Source: Pocillopora damicornis (Eukaryota). From it: 64,000 nucleotides of DNA. This document shows, piece after piece, positions 1 to 12,584 of the stretch. Below the pieces are notes generated by a model. That model saw only the letters and a list, made by a program, of their open reading frames with translations. It ran no database searches and had not been told where the DNA came from. Position numbers and translations under genes: made by a program. How positions within the stretch are numbered: position 1 is the stretch's first letter; each line of letters starts with the position of its first letter. The DNA is taken from the NCBI RefSeq assembly GCF_003704095.1, contig NW_020843862.1, positions 1 through 64,000 of the forward strand. The letters run 5' to 3'.

Positions 1-19
1 ATATAGTTGAAATAGTAAC

Positions 20-1680
20 AATGAGATATGATAGAGATACAAAAAATTTTGTCCATTGTTGCCTTTTATAAAAGGATATATTCCCTTATTGTCATGTATG
101 GTGAAAGGTTAAATGATCTATATAAAAAAAGGGCAATAAATCGACTAAAGTGGTATTTTGACTCCTCTCACAAATAAAAGATTATTCTCCGTATTTGTAA
201 ACAGTTACTATTAAAATGAAAGGATTTGTTTGGTGAAGAAATGCAAGTGCTGAGTCAGTATTTTATAAGGATAACTATGACTGAAATCGAAAAAAATTAT
301 GTTCAATCAGAAAAATTTAAATATCAGAATTTATTAAAAATAAGTAAATGTGCAGGTGATGGGATGAACAACCATTTAAATAAAAACTATTGTTTTTTTA
401 ATTGTCTAGTCGCAATATATTACTATAGGGACAAGTGTTTAAACCTTAAAGTTTGGTTTCATGGTTTTCTTTACAAGTGAATATACAATAAATGTTATAA
501 CAACTGCAACTAATCTTCCAGCAGATTTATGATCTTTGTGGCATATAGTTCTGATCTGCTTGATGCCATTGTCATTCTTGTTGCTTAATTATATTCCATT
601 TCTTGTATAGCTGTTTTTCTCCAACTTTTTCTGAAAGTTACTTTTCCAAAGATTTATTTCTGTGGCTTCTATTTCCAATCTGCTTGATGCTTACGGTCCA
701 GCTCAACAGTTCCTGATGCCATCTCCTCCATTGTGAACAAGTGAGCAAAACTTCCAAGGCAAATTCATTCATTTTTAAAAGCACAAATTAAAAAAAGAAA
801 TTAGAAAAAAAAGGGCAGCTTAAGCTGGAGAGGGAATTTGGGTGAATTCCTCAGAGTTCCCAGTGGTGTGAGAACCTTGCAAGTGTGCCCACTGCAACAA
901 ATGCTTTGCACAGAAGTCAAATCTCTTATTTCATAACAGATCGCACCACGGGAATTGGTTTAAGTGTTTTTAGACATAGTTCAGGCTGACTAGTCAAATG
1001 GCTGAAATGAACTGACAGGACAAACTATGGTGTCTTAAAGTTGCACATTGGCCTTTTTGGTTCTTGCTTTAGATGAAACTTGACATGACTTTTGGAATAA
1101 TCCACTATGAATCTCTTTAAGAAATAAGTAGGAACAATCATGCATGAGCACTGCTTCCTGGTATTGGCAGAAGAGAGATAATGGAGAAATGATATAGTCA
1201 AAATCATGGTTGTGAGGCATGTTAGAGATACATTGTTGCCTTTCATAAAAAGGTCGCCTCCCTTATCACCATACAGGAGGGTAAGGTTAAATGATCTACT
1301 TGAAAAGAGTCGACAAAAAAAAGACGAGTGGATTTTTGACTCCTTTAACAGATTTAAGATTATTCTCTGTATTGGTAAACAGTATCTAGTGAATACATAA
1401 TCAAAATCATGGTTGAGGCATGATAGAGATGGAAAACAATCATGCATGAGCACTGCTTCCTGGTATTCTTGGCAGAAGAGAGATAATGGGGAAATAAATA
1501 AGGTTTAATGATCTCTAAGAAAATAGTAAAAAAAAAGACAAAACTGATATTTTGGCCCCTTTCATGGATTAATGATTATTCTCTGTATTTGTAAACAGTT
1601 CTAACAAAATAAAAATATTTGTTCAGCGAAGAAATGCTAGTGCTGATTCAGATAACAATTACAGAAGCTAAAAAAATAAT
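20..1680 (+). repeat. Diverged, shuffled local repeats (three copies of a 150-250 bp unit plus duplicated sub-blocks)
   Basis: The unit aggttaaatgatcta...ttttgactcct...gattattctc.gtatt.gtaaacagt occurs at about 105-205, 1284-1383 and 1501-1600. acaatcatgcatgagcactgcttcctggtatt occurs at about 1134 and 1436. Confidence 0.8.
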
Positions 1681-2010
1681 GAAATATAGAAAAAAATGTA
1701 CTGAAACATGTGACAATAATAAGTGAAAGAAGGCTCTTTACAAAAATGTATGTATCTAAAATAATAAATCAGTCGCAGCATGAACCCTTGTAGAACGGGA
1801 CATATTTCAAACCCATGTCAATGGTGAGGCATTGAGCGTACGGGGATGTATGGAGTCTTTAACAACTAAGTTCAATGTCTTACAGAGGCTTTATTTAAAT
1901 CATAGCGGCTCATTACGTTTTCGTGTTTGTTACATTGATGTTAACAACAGTTTGTAACAATTTTTCGCTCTAAGAACAACCAGAAGAAAGTATAACACAA
2001 CAAGAGCTGA

Positions 2011-2110
2011 NNNNNNNNNNNNNNNNNNNNNNNNNNNNNNNNNNNNNNNNNNNNNNNNNNNNNNNNNNNNNNNNNNNNNNNNNNNNNNNNNNNNNNNNNN
2101 NNNNNNNNNN
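2011..2110. other. Assembly gap (100 N)
   Basis: Run of N. Confidence 1.
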
Positions 2111-4744
2111 GGAAGTGGCATAGGATAATCAAATTTGTTCTGTATTTATTCCTGGTGTATTTAAACAAAGGGTAAAATTAATCAATGTCATGTATTATAA
2201 AATTTTATTACACACTTTTCATTTGAAGATGTGTTCTTTCAGTATGCCAGAAGGGAAGAGCTATGGTTGTGATTTTGTTTTATGTATTCTCAATATCTAC
2301 CTGAAATAATGCAGTTGCGTGTATGAGTTACCTCATCAAGGTAGATGGATGTACAGGATGTACATGACATGTAAATGTATGAAAAAATGCATTGAGTTCC
2401 AATTTGTGTTCATTGTTTCAGGAGGCCTTACTCAGGGGGGAGGATGCCTCTGGTACCAAATATGCAGTGGATGCTCTGGGGAACTCATTACCAGGCCTGA
2501 GTCCCTCAAGGAGGAGCCTTTTGGAAAGACAGATAAGAGTTTTCCTTCTCTGCAAAATAATGTTTAATTGCTAAGAGCCTACATGTAGTTTAAAATATAT
2601 TTGTTAAAGGACGATAAAAATGCTTTTGTCAAAGAATAATCCAAAATAAGATCTTGCTACAGATCTTTAAGATGTGACCAGAAAAGCTTACAATGTCACC
2701 ACACAGAAATAACTTCTGCCTTAACAGAGAAGCTTTTGTGAAGCGTTTCTATGCTCAAAAGTGATTTCATTGATTAATTATATTTTTGCGTGTCAATTAA
2801 GTTGTAAATTTTTGACCATTGAGGTAAAGTGTTAGGTCACATGTAATAGGAGGTGGCATAGAATAATTAAATCAGTTCTGTGAACAGGATGTATCTAATT
2901 AGGTATTTCCAGGGCGTTAGGCACGTAGTACCCATGAATCTTTATGGAACAAGCCTTGAATCCCACATGGAATTACATATCTGGGTGTGGATTTCCTTTG
3001 CTAATAAATGTAGTTTTTTTATGGAATAGAAGAGATGGATCATAAAATGGAACGTGTAATGCTGAATTGTCAACAATAACATCCGAATCAAGTGAAAGCA
3101 TACAGTCCAAGAACACTGAACCAGCATGTGTGGAATTTTCAGTAATGTATGCAGGAAATTCTGGGCAGAAAGCCTCCAAGAACAATCCTCCTTCACAATC
3201 TTAAAACACCATGTGGTAAATATTCACAAAATCTGATGGCTTAATCATTTTCTGGCCAGCTCCCATAGAGAAGATTAGCCACATGCGAACTTTCTGATTG
3301 TACATGCAGGGGCAGGACAAAATGGCTGACGATGTTGCACCTTCTGTCAAGCAATATAAGTTTAGTTACAGATTAAGTATTGATAACATCCTAGTAAACA
3401 TTAATTGTCGTGAAATTGTAAATGATTGTCATAGAGCATGTGTTAGATTTCACAACTTGTGAACAAAGTCCGCAATTGTTTTGCTTTGCGTGAGATGTTG
3501 CAATTGCATGTGTTTAGTCTGCTAAATAAGGAAGGAAAACCTGTTGTTGGGAAATAATAATTTAATATAGGATTATTACAATAGGTTTGCTTAGGGTTTT
3601 ATTGTACTTGTGATTGTAGGAAAAATACTAGCTTAGATACACAAGGCAAACTATAAATAGTATTGTAGACTGTAGTTTAAGTCAGAATTGTGAAAACCAT
3701 CAGAATTGTCAAGATCATCAGATTGTGAAGCTTAAATTATGGTGATCATCGCAAATATACCTAGAAAAACAAGATTGCTTACAGTCCTCTTTGATGGAGT
3801 TCATCAGCGACTGCAGAGATTCCATGACACCTTCTGAAGCAAACCATGTGAGAAAGCCGCATGCTTACTAGAAAGTATCTGAACAGTAATTTTTTCAAAG
3901 GTTGAGGAAAATATCAAAATTGAAAGCAAATTTTTGTCAAACCTGACAAACAAAAACAATACAAGAGTATGAGATGGAATAAAAAACAATGTAAATGACC
4001 TTGATATTTGCCACTTCAGGAGAGAAGACAGGAGGATGAAGAAAACCAGAGTGTCGTCAACATACTACAAAAAATATCATACAGCTCATTCAGCTATTTC
4101 TAATAGTATCCATACAGGTTTGCTGTTTGAACACCCTCCACAGATACCAAAAAAATTCTGACAATAGAAGTTTAAATTTGATAACCAAGAAGCATCATGT
4201 AACTGTTTCCAATAAATTTAACTTGTATTTAACTAAAGATCCCCTGCTTCATCCTACTACATTTGAGAGGTGAAAACCAGCAGCTAAAGGTAATTAACTC
4301 ATCACCCTTAGAGTGTGAAGCAGGACAATGGTGTGACTAGTGTTGCAATACTGGGATTTCCAACATTGGATCCCTCAATTTTTTCAGAGACTAAGTTTTA
4401 AGTTTGTACAGCTTATTTAAAGTCAATTATGCTTTATGTTAATATAATGCTTTCAGAACTTTATATTTATACAGTTATACAAAGGTTTTTTATTTTATCT
4501 TATGAGCCTTAAGAGCTTTCTTCCGCTACCTGTCCACAGACAGATAATTATTGTTGTATTACATAACCTCAATCTTAAAATTTCTGTTTTGTATACAAGT
4601 CGCAATCATTGTAAATGGCTTATTAATTTTTAATTCTTAACCTGAAGAAGGCCGAATGGCTAAACCGTCATGCATTAAACTCATCCAGAACAGTCAAGAG
4701 TTTGCCTCTTTGTTACATCCTTATAGTACACTTAACTACAAATT

Positions 4745-5950
4745 CATCAACCAAAAATAGAGAGAGAGAGAAAAAGAAAGACATACCCACATCGTTTCAG
4801 CACTTGAGAACGACAAAAAAACTCATAGAAAGGAACAAATTGAAATGACATGAAGAAATTCACTGCAGTAATTTCCATCTTCCGGGGACTGAAAAGAAAT
4901 CAGGAATTCTGGACTATTGAAAACACTAACTTACACTCAACTGAGTTGGTAAGTATAATGACAATCACTCTCCTGCTCCCACCCAGTCAGTTAAACATAG
5001 TTTTTATATATTTTATAATTACCATGTTCATGTTCCGATGATACATGAAAGTAGGTATTTTCATGTTCTCGATTAAGGCCATGCTTTTACAAATACAAGT
5101 ACAAGTGCAACTGAACAGATCACACAATATTATTATTGATGCTACAAGTTAACCAGTCCATCTATTCGACACTGGAAAGAAAAATATTAATGTGGATAGA
5201 CTGTTAAGAATCGAAAAATTGTAATTATTTAGCCGTTCAATGATTAACTAGTTGTCTAGGTGATTTTCGCTAATTTACCGCTTAGTTGTATCGCGGGCGC
5301 ATTTTTGAGACTTCGCTGTTCGTTCTAACGTGAAATTAAAAGGTGAAATTTATTGCTCTGTGTAACGACCCCTTTGGATACTGACCGTTCTGCCAATTGA
5401 GAACATAGACAATTTCACTACTTCTATTAACTAAAGTAATAATACAAGATGAGGGAACATGCTTAGTGATGTTGATCCCAGGCTCTCTCTATTTTGGCAC
5501 ATTGGTGAAGATGTCCCAATCATTCATTCATTCAATCATGGTTGTCCCATAAAATTCTAAATTCTAATCCCGTTAAAAAAGCATTATTTTTGCATCAGAT
5601 GCAATAAGAGTGTTTATGAAGTTAATCTTGAGTGCTCGCAATAATAATAATTATTATTGGACATACCGTGAAAAGCATAACAGAATTACTTATTTTTCCG
5701 GGCGCCATATATGGTGCTGGTAGTTGGTAGAATTCGTGAAATCGATTGGCTGATTCCATCGGCGGATTTATCGGCAGAAGTTGGAAATGGCTGAGGTTTC
5801 TGTGAGTATGTAACTTTGTTCTTAAAACAGATTTTGCTATGGTTGCAAGTGAAAAGTGTAAAGAAGTCCAAGCTCAGACAAGCCCTGAGAACCAAAGTCA
5901 ATTCTATGAAATTTAGTGTGTCCAACTCAGGATATTTTGTTAGTAAGACA
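4745..5950 (+). repeat. Local segmental duplication, copy 1 (copy 2 at about 7812-8893)
   Basis: Collinear shared blocks include caaccaaaaatagagagagag, ttttataatt.ccatgtt.atgttccgatgatac, actgaacagatcacacaatattattatt, gatgagggaacatgc.tagtgatgttgatccc and agctcagacaagccctgagaaccaaagtcaattc. Confidence 0.9.
5202..5405. mobile_element. Solo LTR (204 bp, TG...CA) with 5-bp target-site duplication
   Basis: Starts TGTT and ends AACA, flanked by TAGAC at 5197-5201 and 5406-5410. The paralogous copy of the flanking DNA near 8475-8490 has an empty site (gtggataaacattttcacta). Confidence 0.85.
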
Positions 5951-7811
5951 TGTTAGAAATGGAAATGATTATACATAGGTATGACCCTGTTTTTTTTTTT
6001 TTTTTATCCTGTGTTTGTAGCTATGCACCCATAGGTAAATTACATGGTTTACTTGACAAGTGGATAAGGCTAAGAAGAAGCAATCAGCTCAGGTGGCTTT
6101 GCGTAAACCAGATGAAGCACAAACTGAAAATGATGAGTGTACTCAGCCTGAAAACAGTGATGGTGGTGATACTGAAGATGTGCTTTTATCTGATAGCCAG
6201 TCATGTAGCAGTGCCTCTTCCCCTTAAACCAAAATGCTGCCTTCATCCGAGGAGGATTAGAGCAATAACACAGAGTCCTCATTTCTTGTTAAGATTATCA
6301 CTTTAGGGCCAGCTTTTACTTCTTAAAGCTCCTACTGTTAAATATTTCTTTTTCCTGCTAAGTTAAATTTGTTCTTATTGTTGTCCTGTCTGAGGATTTT
6401 GTGTGGTAAATTAACATGTGCAGGTTTCTTTACATTGTACCAGTTTTCTTAATTACTAAAGATGTCAGCCTATTTCATTGCCAGGTGTTAGGCAGTCAAA
6501 TCTTGTTCTGTAAAATATTGTCATTTCTGAAGGAAGACATTAAAACATTCATTATTGAAGTGATTTAATTTCTGCACATCATTATTATTTCTCAGTTTAA
6601 TAGACTAGCACACATAACTATAATGCAACCAATGAGCTAATTTAGTAATATTGAAGATATATGCCAAGAAGAAAAACAACTGATGTGACACCCATGGCAA
6701 CCACAATAGAAAGAAATCCAAACCCAGATATGGCTCCACTAGGAAAAACAGTCAAACCATGAACGTTATCATAAATATCATTAAGTGGTACTGCTTAAAA
6801 ACCAACAATGGTTACACATCAAAACCCCGAAATGTTCAGAGAAAACCATTCGTGAAAATATACAAAAAACATAAAAGATTAGAAGAACCTTCCATGTTCT
6901 CTTAAGAAAAAACACCAATGTGTTTGGTTACAAACCAAAATGGGAATAACTTAAAACTCAAAAATGTTTTCAGGATTAACATTCATGGAAATGGAGGAAA
7001 ATCCTGTAATGGTAATAATAGAAACAAATGTTAAAAGGAAAAAACCCATGATGGGATTTGCTTTTTTACCACTAATGGTATAACTCAAAATCACAATAAA
7101 GGAAAATTTATTACCATGAATATTTTCTGTACAAAAAACATTAATGGTTTCAGTTCTGCTTTCCATTAATGTATTTCAACATGTTATTCTATCATTTTCC
7201 ATTAAAAAAAACAAGAATTATTTTCAATTTTTTCCCTGTGTCACTGACCTGACAAATTGGCCGGAAAAGTACAGAGTAACATGGATGTTACGAATCAAGA
7301 TCTATTAAGCTTAGTTTCAGTGATTCTCCTGCTTGTTTTACGACAGTCCACCATAAATATAACAATTCAGCAGTTTTTTGCGAGAAGACACTGATGAAGG
7401 CGTGAAATTAGCCAAGTGCATTGGAGGTCATCTTAAAACACTGCAGGCAATTTCCTGAATTAGCTATACTGCTCTATGATTGGCTGAGCAGATAAACCAT
7501 ACTTTTCAGTTCAGGAACTGTCATTGGAAGTTCTTTTGTTCTTTTTGATATATCCATGGAATTAACCCTAGCGCAGGTTTGGTCTGGGGAAAGCCATTAC
7601 ACACAAAAACGTCTTTTAAAGGGTTAGTGTAAGCTCAACTAATGCTTTCAAAACTCTATATTAATACAGTCATGCAAAGTCCCTTTTTTCTGACACAAAC
7701 AAATTAGTCAAACTTGGTTACTAAGTCTCATGGTACTGTACCATTGACCATAGAAGACTGTTCGCGTGTGATCAAAATAATGAAAGCCATAACCTTGCCA
7801 GTATGACATCC

Positions 7812-8893
7812 ACCAACCAAAAATAGAGAGAGAGAGAGAGAGAATAACTATAGCACAGAGCATAACATCCACTCCCTTAACAAACGACGCCAACAGGATA
7901 CTAGAACAGATTAAGACCAACATCTGACAAGTTTTCAACACCATCAAGACAGACATAAGCAAAAGTTTGAGAAACTTATTCGAGAAAAACAGGTGGCTGT
8001 GTCACCTGTTGATACACCATATGTTGACAAAAGTAACTGGATTATTAATTAAATTTAACTTCTAGGTCCAATAGTGATGCCGAGATAGCCCTACTGAAGA
8101 AAGGACTGAACTATGCTACAAATATTCCTGCCACAAAGATCATTACCAAGGTCAAAACAGCCATAAAACAACTCAACACTGAACAAGCAGATACTGTCAG
8201 AAGAGCTGTTAACAGTATCCTTCAACAGGCAGAACCACTAGAGCCTAACCACAGCCTTTTTCACAAAACTAGTTTATATCTATTTTATAATTGCCATGTT
8301 TATGTTCCGATGATACTGGAAATAGGCATTTTCATGTTCTTGATTAAAGCCAAATTTCTTTTACGATTAATAGACTTCTTTACTTTGTGTTACTGAACAG
8401 ATCACACAATATTATTATTAATGCTACAAGTTAACCAGTCCATTTATAGGACACTGAAAAGAAAAATATTAATGTGGATAAACATTTTCACTATTTCTAT
8501 TAACTAAAGTGATAATCCAAGATGAGGGAACATGCCTAGTGATGTTGATCCCGAGCTCTCTATTCTTTGCCAAATTGGTTAAGATGTCCCAAGATTCATT
8601 CATTCATTCATTCAGTCATGGTTGTCCCCTAAAATCTCAATTCTAATCTCCGTTAAAAGTGCATTCTTCTTGCATCAGATACAGCAAGAGTTTTTATGAA
8701 GTCAATATTGAGTGCTTGAAATAATTATTATGTGTATAATTATGTAACTTTTTTCTTAAGACAGATTTTGCTTTGGTTGCAAAACTTGGACAAGTAAAAA
8801 GTGTAAAGAAGTCCGAGCTCAGACAAGCCCTGAGAACCAAAGTCAATTCCATGAAATTTAGTGTGTCCAACCCAGGATATTTTGTAAGCAAGA
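7812..8893 (+). repeat. Local segmental duplication, copy 2
   Basis: Same blocks as copy 1. It lacks the solo LTR and the 5660-5806 insert and carries the Penelope-like fragment. Confidence 0.9.
7885..8250 (+). mobile_element. Degenerate fragment of a Penelope-like retroelement ORF (region N-terminal to the RT)
   Basis: Frameshifted translation KTRHKQKFEKLIREKQ...YVDKSNWIIN/LTSRS/SDAEIALLKKGLNYATNIPATKIITKVKTAIKQLNTEQADTVRRAVNSILQQAEPLEPN. This matches the 'VINLS..L..E..LL.KGLNF' motif found upstream of PLE reverse transcriptases. Confidence 0.7.
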
Positions 8894-11800
8894 TTAATAT
8901 GGCTGCCTTTACATTATTGGGATTGTGGTAAGATAGCACAATTTTGTATGATAGAACTTCCTGTAAGCAGACACTCATCAGATGAGAAAGGATCTCTACT
9001 TAAGAAGATAAAGGTGTAGTGTTTGTAAGTGGCTGGCTTTATAAGCCACATAATATAACTATATAAACTTGACTAATTCTCACCTTAGAAATATGAATTT
9101 AAGGCATAAGTTTTACTGAAGCAGTATAGAAAAGTAATTGAAACCCGTTCAATTTAGTGAATTACATTGTTTTGCGTCTATGAATCCTAAATCACAAGTA
9201 AATTAAATATCAAGTCTTTTTTAATGGGTAAATTATCTACTGGTGGTTGATATATCAGTAATTGATCATTTCTGTTGTTTCTTATTTGAGAGTACAAGAA
9301 AACAAAGCCGCCCTAAATAGGGAAACCACAAAGGGGAAGCCACTGCAGCTAGCTAACTGCAAGAACTTACTTTCTTTATTAAAGTTTTTATTCTAAATTG
9401 TTTTCTATCATTTCCATGTTAACTGACAGTACTTGTTGTCACTTCCTTTGGATACACATTGAAGACTGGAATAAATAAATGGAGTCATTTGAAACTCAGT
9501 CTTTTTTAAGTGACAAATTTATATAATTGCGTGTAATGCTTACAATCACTAATCCAGATAGAGGTTGGTGCATAAATATATAAAGTATTGATCAGGAGAG
9601 GAACAATACATTAATTTAAAGCATGTAGACTATTAACAGTTGCAGAGCAACTGAAACTGGCCTCCCTTGTTGATTCATTATTGCAAATAGCTAGGCCAAC
9701 TTTGTAACTACTTCAGTGAAATGGAAAAAGCCCAAGAAAGCTCAGATGATAAACAAAGAAGAACCTACAAAATAAAGCAATCTTTTGAAAAGTACAGCTG
9801 GTCTTCTTGTAAATACATAGTACAATTATATTTATCATGATCTCTCCATGGGACAATTCCAGCCCAACATTCTGTTACAAAATGATTCCTCAACATGGAA
9901 AAATTGGATTGAAATTTGAAAAAAAATTTCAAATACATTTCTAATCTTTTTGAGAAAAGCAAACAGAGCTGCTGCTATCAAACAATGGCCAGGCACCAGA
10001 ATACCATGGCATTAATTCATCAGACAAAGAACAGAAAGAATTCAAATGAATTTTACTAAACAATATCAAAGAATGTTTAAAGATAATTCAGGTGGTGCAT
10101 GTTAAATGCTGATTCAAGTTAATTTCCACATGACCTTTGCACAAGTGATCATGAGAAGTTGGCTTGAATTTACTGGTTTGGGCATAAGTTAATATGAGTA
10201 TCGTTACTTTGTTATTATTTATAAGGTGGTGTCAAGAGAAACCTTCTTTGGCCACCCTAAAGGAAAAACCGCTGCTGCAGATGCTTCTTAATGGTTGCAG
10301 GAGGCTTTGACAATAAGTTTCCAATTGGAGATGTTGCGTTTTAAGTTTATGGAAACCTTAGCAATAATCCAACATAGTTGGTAGGCTTTGATAGCGGCTA
10401 CTAAGCGTGGTAAGGATGGGGTTGAACGGAGTCTCCGTAACACAACACCGCTCCAAAACGTGTCACGTTCATGTACTCAGGGCGAGTCGCCTTCGCCCTC
10501 AAGAAATCGAGGTCTTATCCGGCACATTCGAGTATTAAAAGGCATCGAAAGCAATGAACGCTAAAATTTGTAGTTACCTAAGTGTTTCTAGATCGTTACG
10601 TTTACGTTGCTGTCGTCCAAGAATTGTGGAACGACCTAACGTGCTCCAAGCTCTAAGGATTTGGCTCAAATTGGCCGATTACATATACACCTGTATTTCT
10701 TGAGAATGAAGATATTATGTTTAACGAAAGGAACTTTTTGACGTTATAATTCTCGCCTGTTTCTAAAGTTCAAGAAACATTCCTCACCTGGTACATTTCC
10801 TCTCGTGATCGTGTCGGCGGCTCCATTTCCGAGAAGTGCATATGGAGCGCTGTTGTCCTATAGATGGCTACGATTCTTCTTCCATAGTCTTGATAACCCA
10901 TTTTTTTTTCGATCAAACAAAATTTTCATTAAAACCGCTTATGAAGTAAGCTAAAAGTCCGCTGAGAGTGTCACGTACGAGACTAAAACCATTTCGCAAG
11001 TTCACCTCGTGGGTCACGCTCTTGATCGGCTTTGCTCACGCGGCCCTAACTCGTAGACTAATCACAGCGTGGCTACAAACTAACCTTCTGTAAGGCAGGA
11101 TAAAACGGTTCTCGAAGTAAGATTTGCTTTTTCTGGAGCACGACTGACGGAGGGAGGGATAGACACCGTTGGGGTTGGTCGGGCCTTCGCTAGCGCGAAC
11201 TTTGCACATACTCGAACCCTTCACGTGGTGCACTTCTATGAAGGCTGTAAGGGCATGCGCATTCCCAAAGTTTATGGTTTGAAAGTGTTCGTAGGAAAAC
11301 GAGCACAGCAAAGATTTCAACATAATGGATAATGTGCAAACCTATCCCTCTAAATGAAATTCCACAAGGATTTACCACTTTCAGTTCTTTGACATTAAAA
11401 ATAACTATTTTCCTTCTTTGCCTGGATATCATTTTTCTCTTTTTTTCAAATTGCAAGAGGGTTTTGATCATCTAATTTACGAAGGAAATTCTGTGAGAAA
11501 ACTTTTGAAAAACGAGCTTCCAAAAATATTCAAATATATCATAATTTGTATGAAAATAAAATCAGAACTATTATTGAACAAAACAAACTAACCTCTCTTT
11601 GGTGGTTGTTCCTTTGCATCATGCGAGTTTCCTTAGGACCGTTTCACTCGGTTTCAGGTCACTTGCATTGCCTTCATCCAAGACAGACGCACAAGCCCAA
11701 AAGTCATCTTTATTGCAATTTTTTTTAATAAGGTTCACGTTTCATAGCTAATCATTTAGAACTTTCGCTTTCTGAACATCTGTCTCAGGAAAGATATCCA

Positions 11801-12584
11801 GTTCAAAGCGGGAACACAAAGTGAAACTCCCCCGACCAATTGTGACTTCTGGCAAGTGTTGTGTATTACCTCAAAAGAATGTAATCTCGTAATTACCTTT
11901 AATAGGAAGATTTTTTTTTAGCACCTTCTGACCAAGAACGATTTAAAATACGGAGCCAGTGATTCAAGACTCAATCATGAAACAATAATTCAAGAGACCA
12001 AATTCCTATTAGAAAAACCCTCAATGTGATGACCCTTTTGAAAATAAATCTATATAAATACATTGATAATTTGTGAAAAATCGTGAGTGTGGATCAAAAT
12101 GACAGTTCCCAGAATGGTAAATATAAGGATATAACGTGTAAATACCTAAAAACATTTGTTGCTTTGCATTTAAATTATTGCACCAGTTTATCTTTACAAA
12201 TATATATTAAAATATAGTTTTAAAGAGGATAGGTGAAAAGGCTTCCCAATTTAAAATTGCCCAAATAAGACAACTTGACTATGATTGTCGAGAATTGTTA
12301 GGGTTGGCCTTGTTTGTCTATGGCGGTTTCGAAAATAATAAGAATCAAGCAGGCTCCATTGAATTGTCCAGACCCACAAATGGGTCTGTCCACGACAAAT
12401 CTGCCCGTACTAAATATAAATATGGCTTAGATGAAACGAGTTTATTTAATCTATCTCCTCTACCTAGAGTAAAGTGAAGTTGGACTCGACGACCTTACGC
12501 ATTCTTCTTGTAAAATAATATCAAAGACAGGTCTATCTAATATAATACGGCTGTCTGCACATTGGACCCTAATGGAGAGCCTAT

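Larger units (their letters stand above)
2942..10885 (-). pseudogene. Possible decayed multi-exon gene of unknown family
   Basis: Three exon-like segments with canonical splice sites: 10885-10788 (MEEES*PSIGQQRSICTSRKWSRRHDHERKCT, donor CAG|gtgagg); 3942-3783 (acceptor ttgtttgtcag, donor gtaagc; FAFNFDIFLNL*KNYCSDTF**ACGFLTWFASEGVMESLQSLMNSIKED); 3343-2942 (GATSSAILSCPCMYNQKVRMWLIFSMG...HMVF*DCEGGLFLEAFCPEFPAY...PFYDPSLLFHKK, frameshift, LHLLAKEIHTQICNSMWDSRLVP*). That the pieces belong together is inferred. Confidence 0.3.

Noticed and set aside
7390-7420. Hammerhead ribozyme cores at 7391 (CTGATGAAGGC), 4642 (CTGAAGAAGGC) and 42700 (CTGACGAAGG)
   Set aside because: None has a correctly placed GAAA...UH after stem II. 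At best they are decayed relics.
11043-11090. Telomerase RNA template (CCCTAAC / CTAACC)
   Set aside because: The matches are only 6-7 nt, and no pseudoknot or H/ACA structure could be identified by eye.
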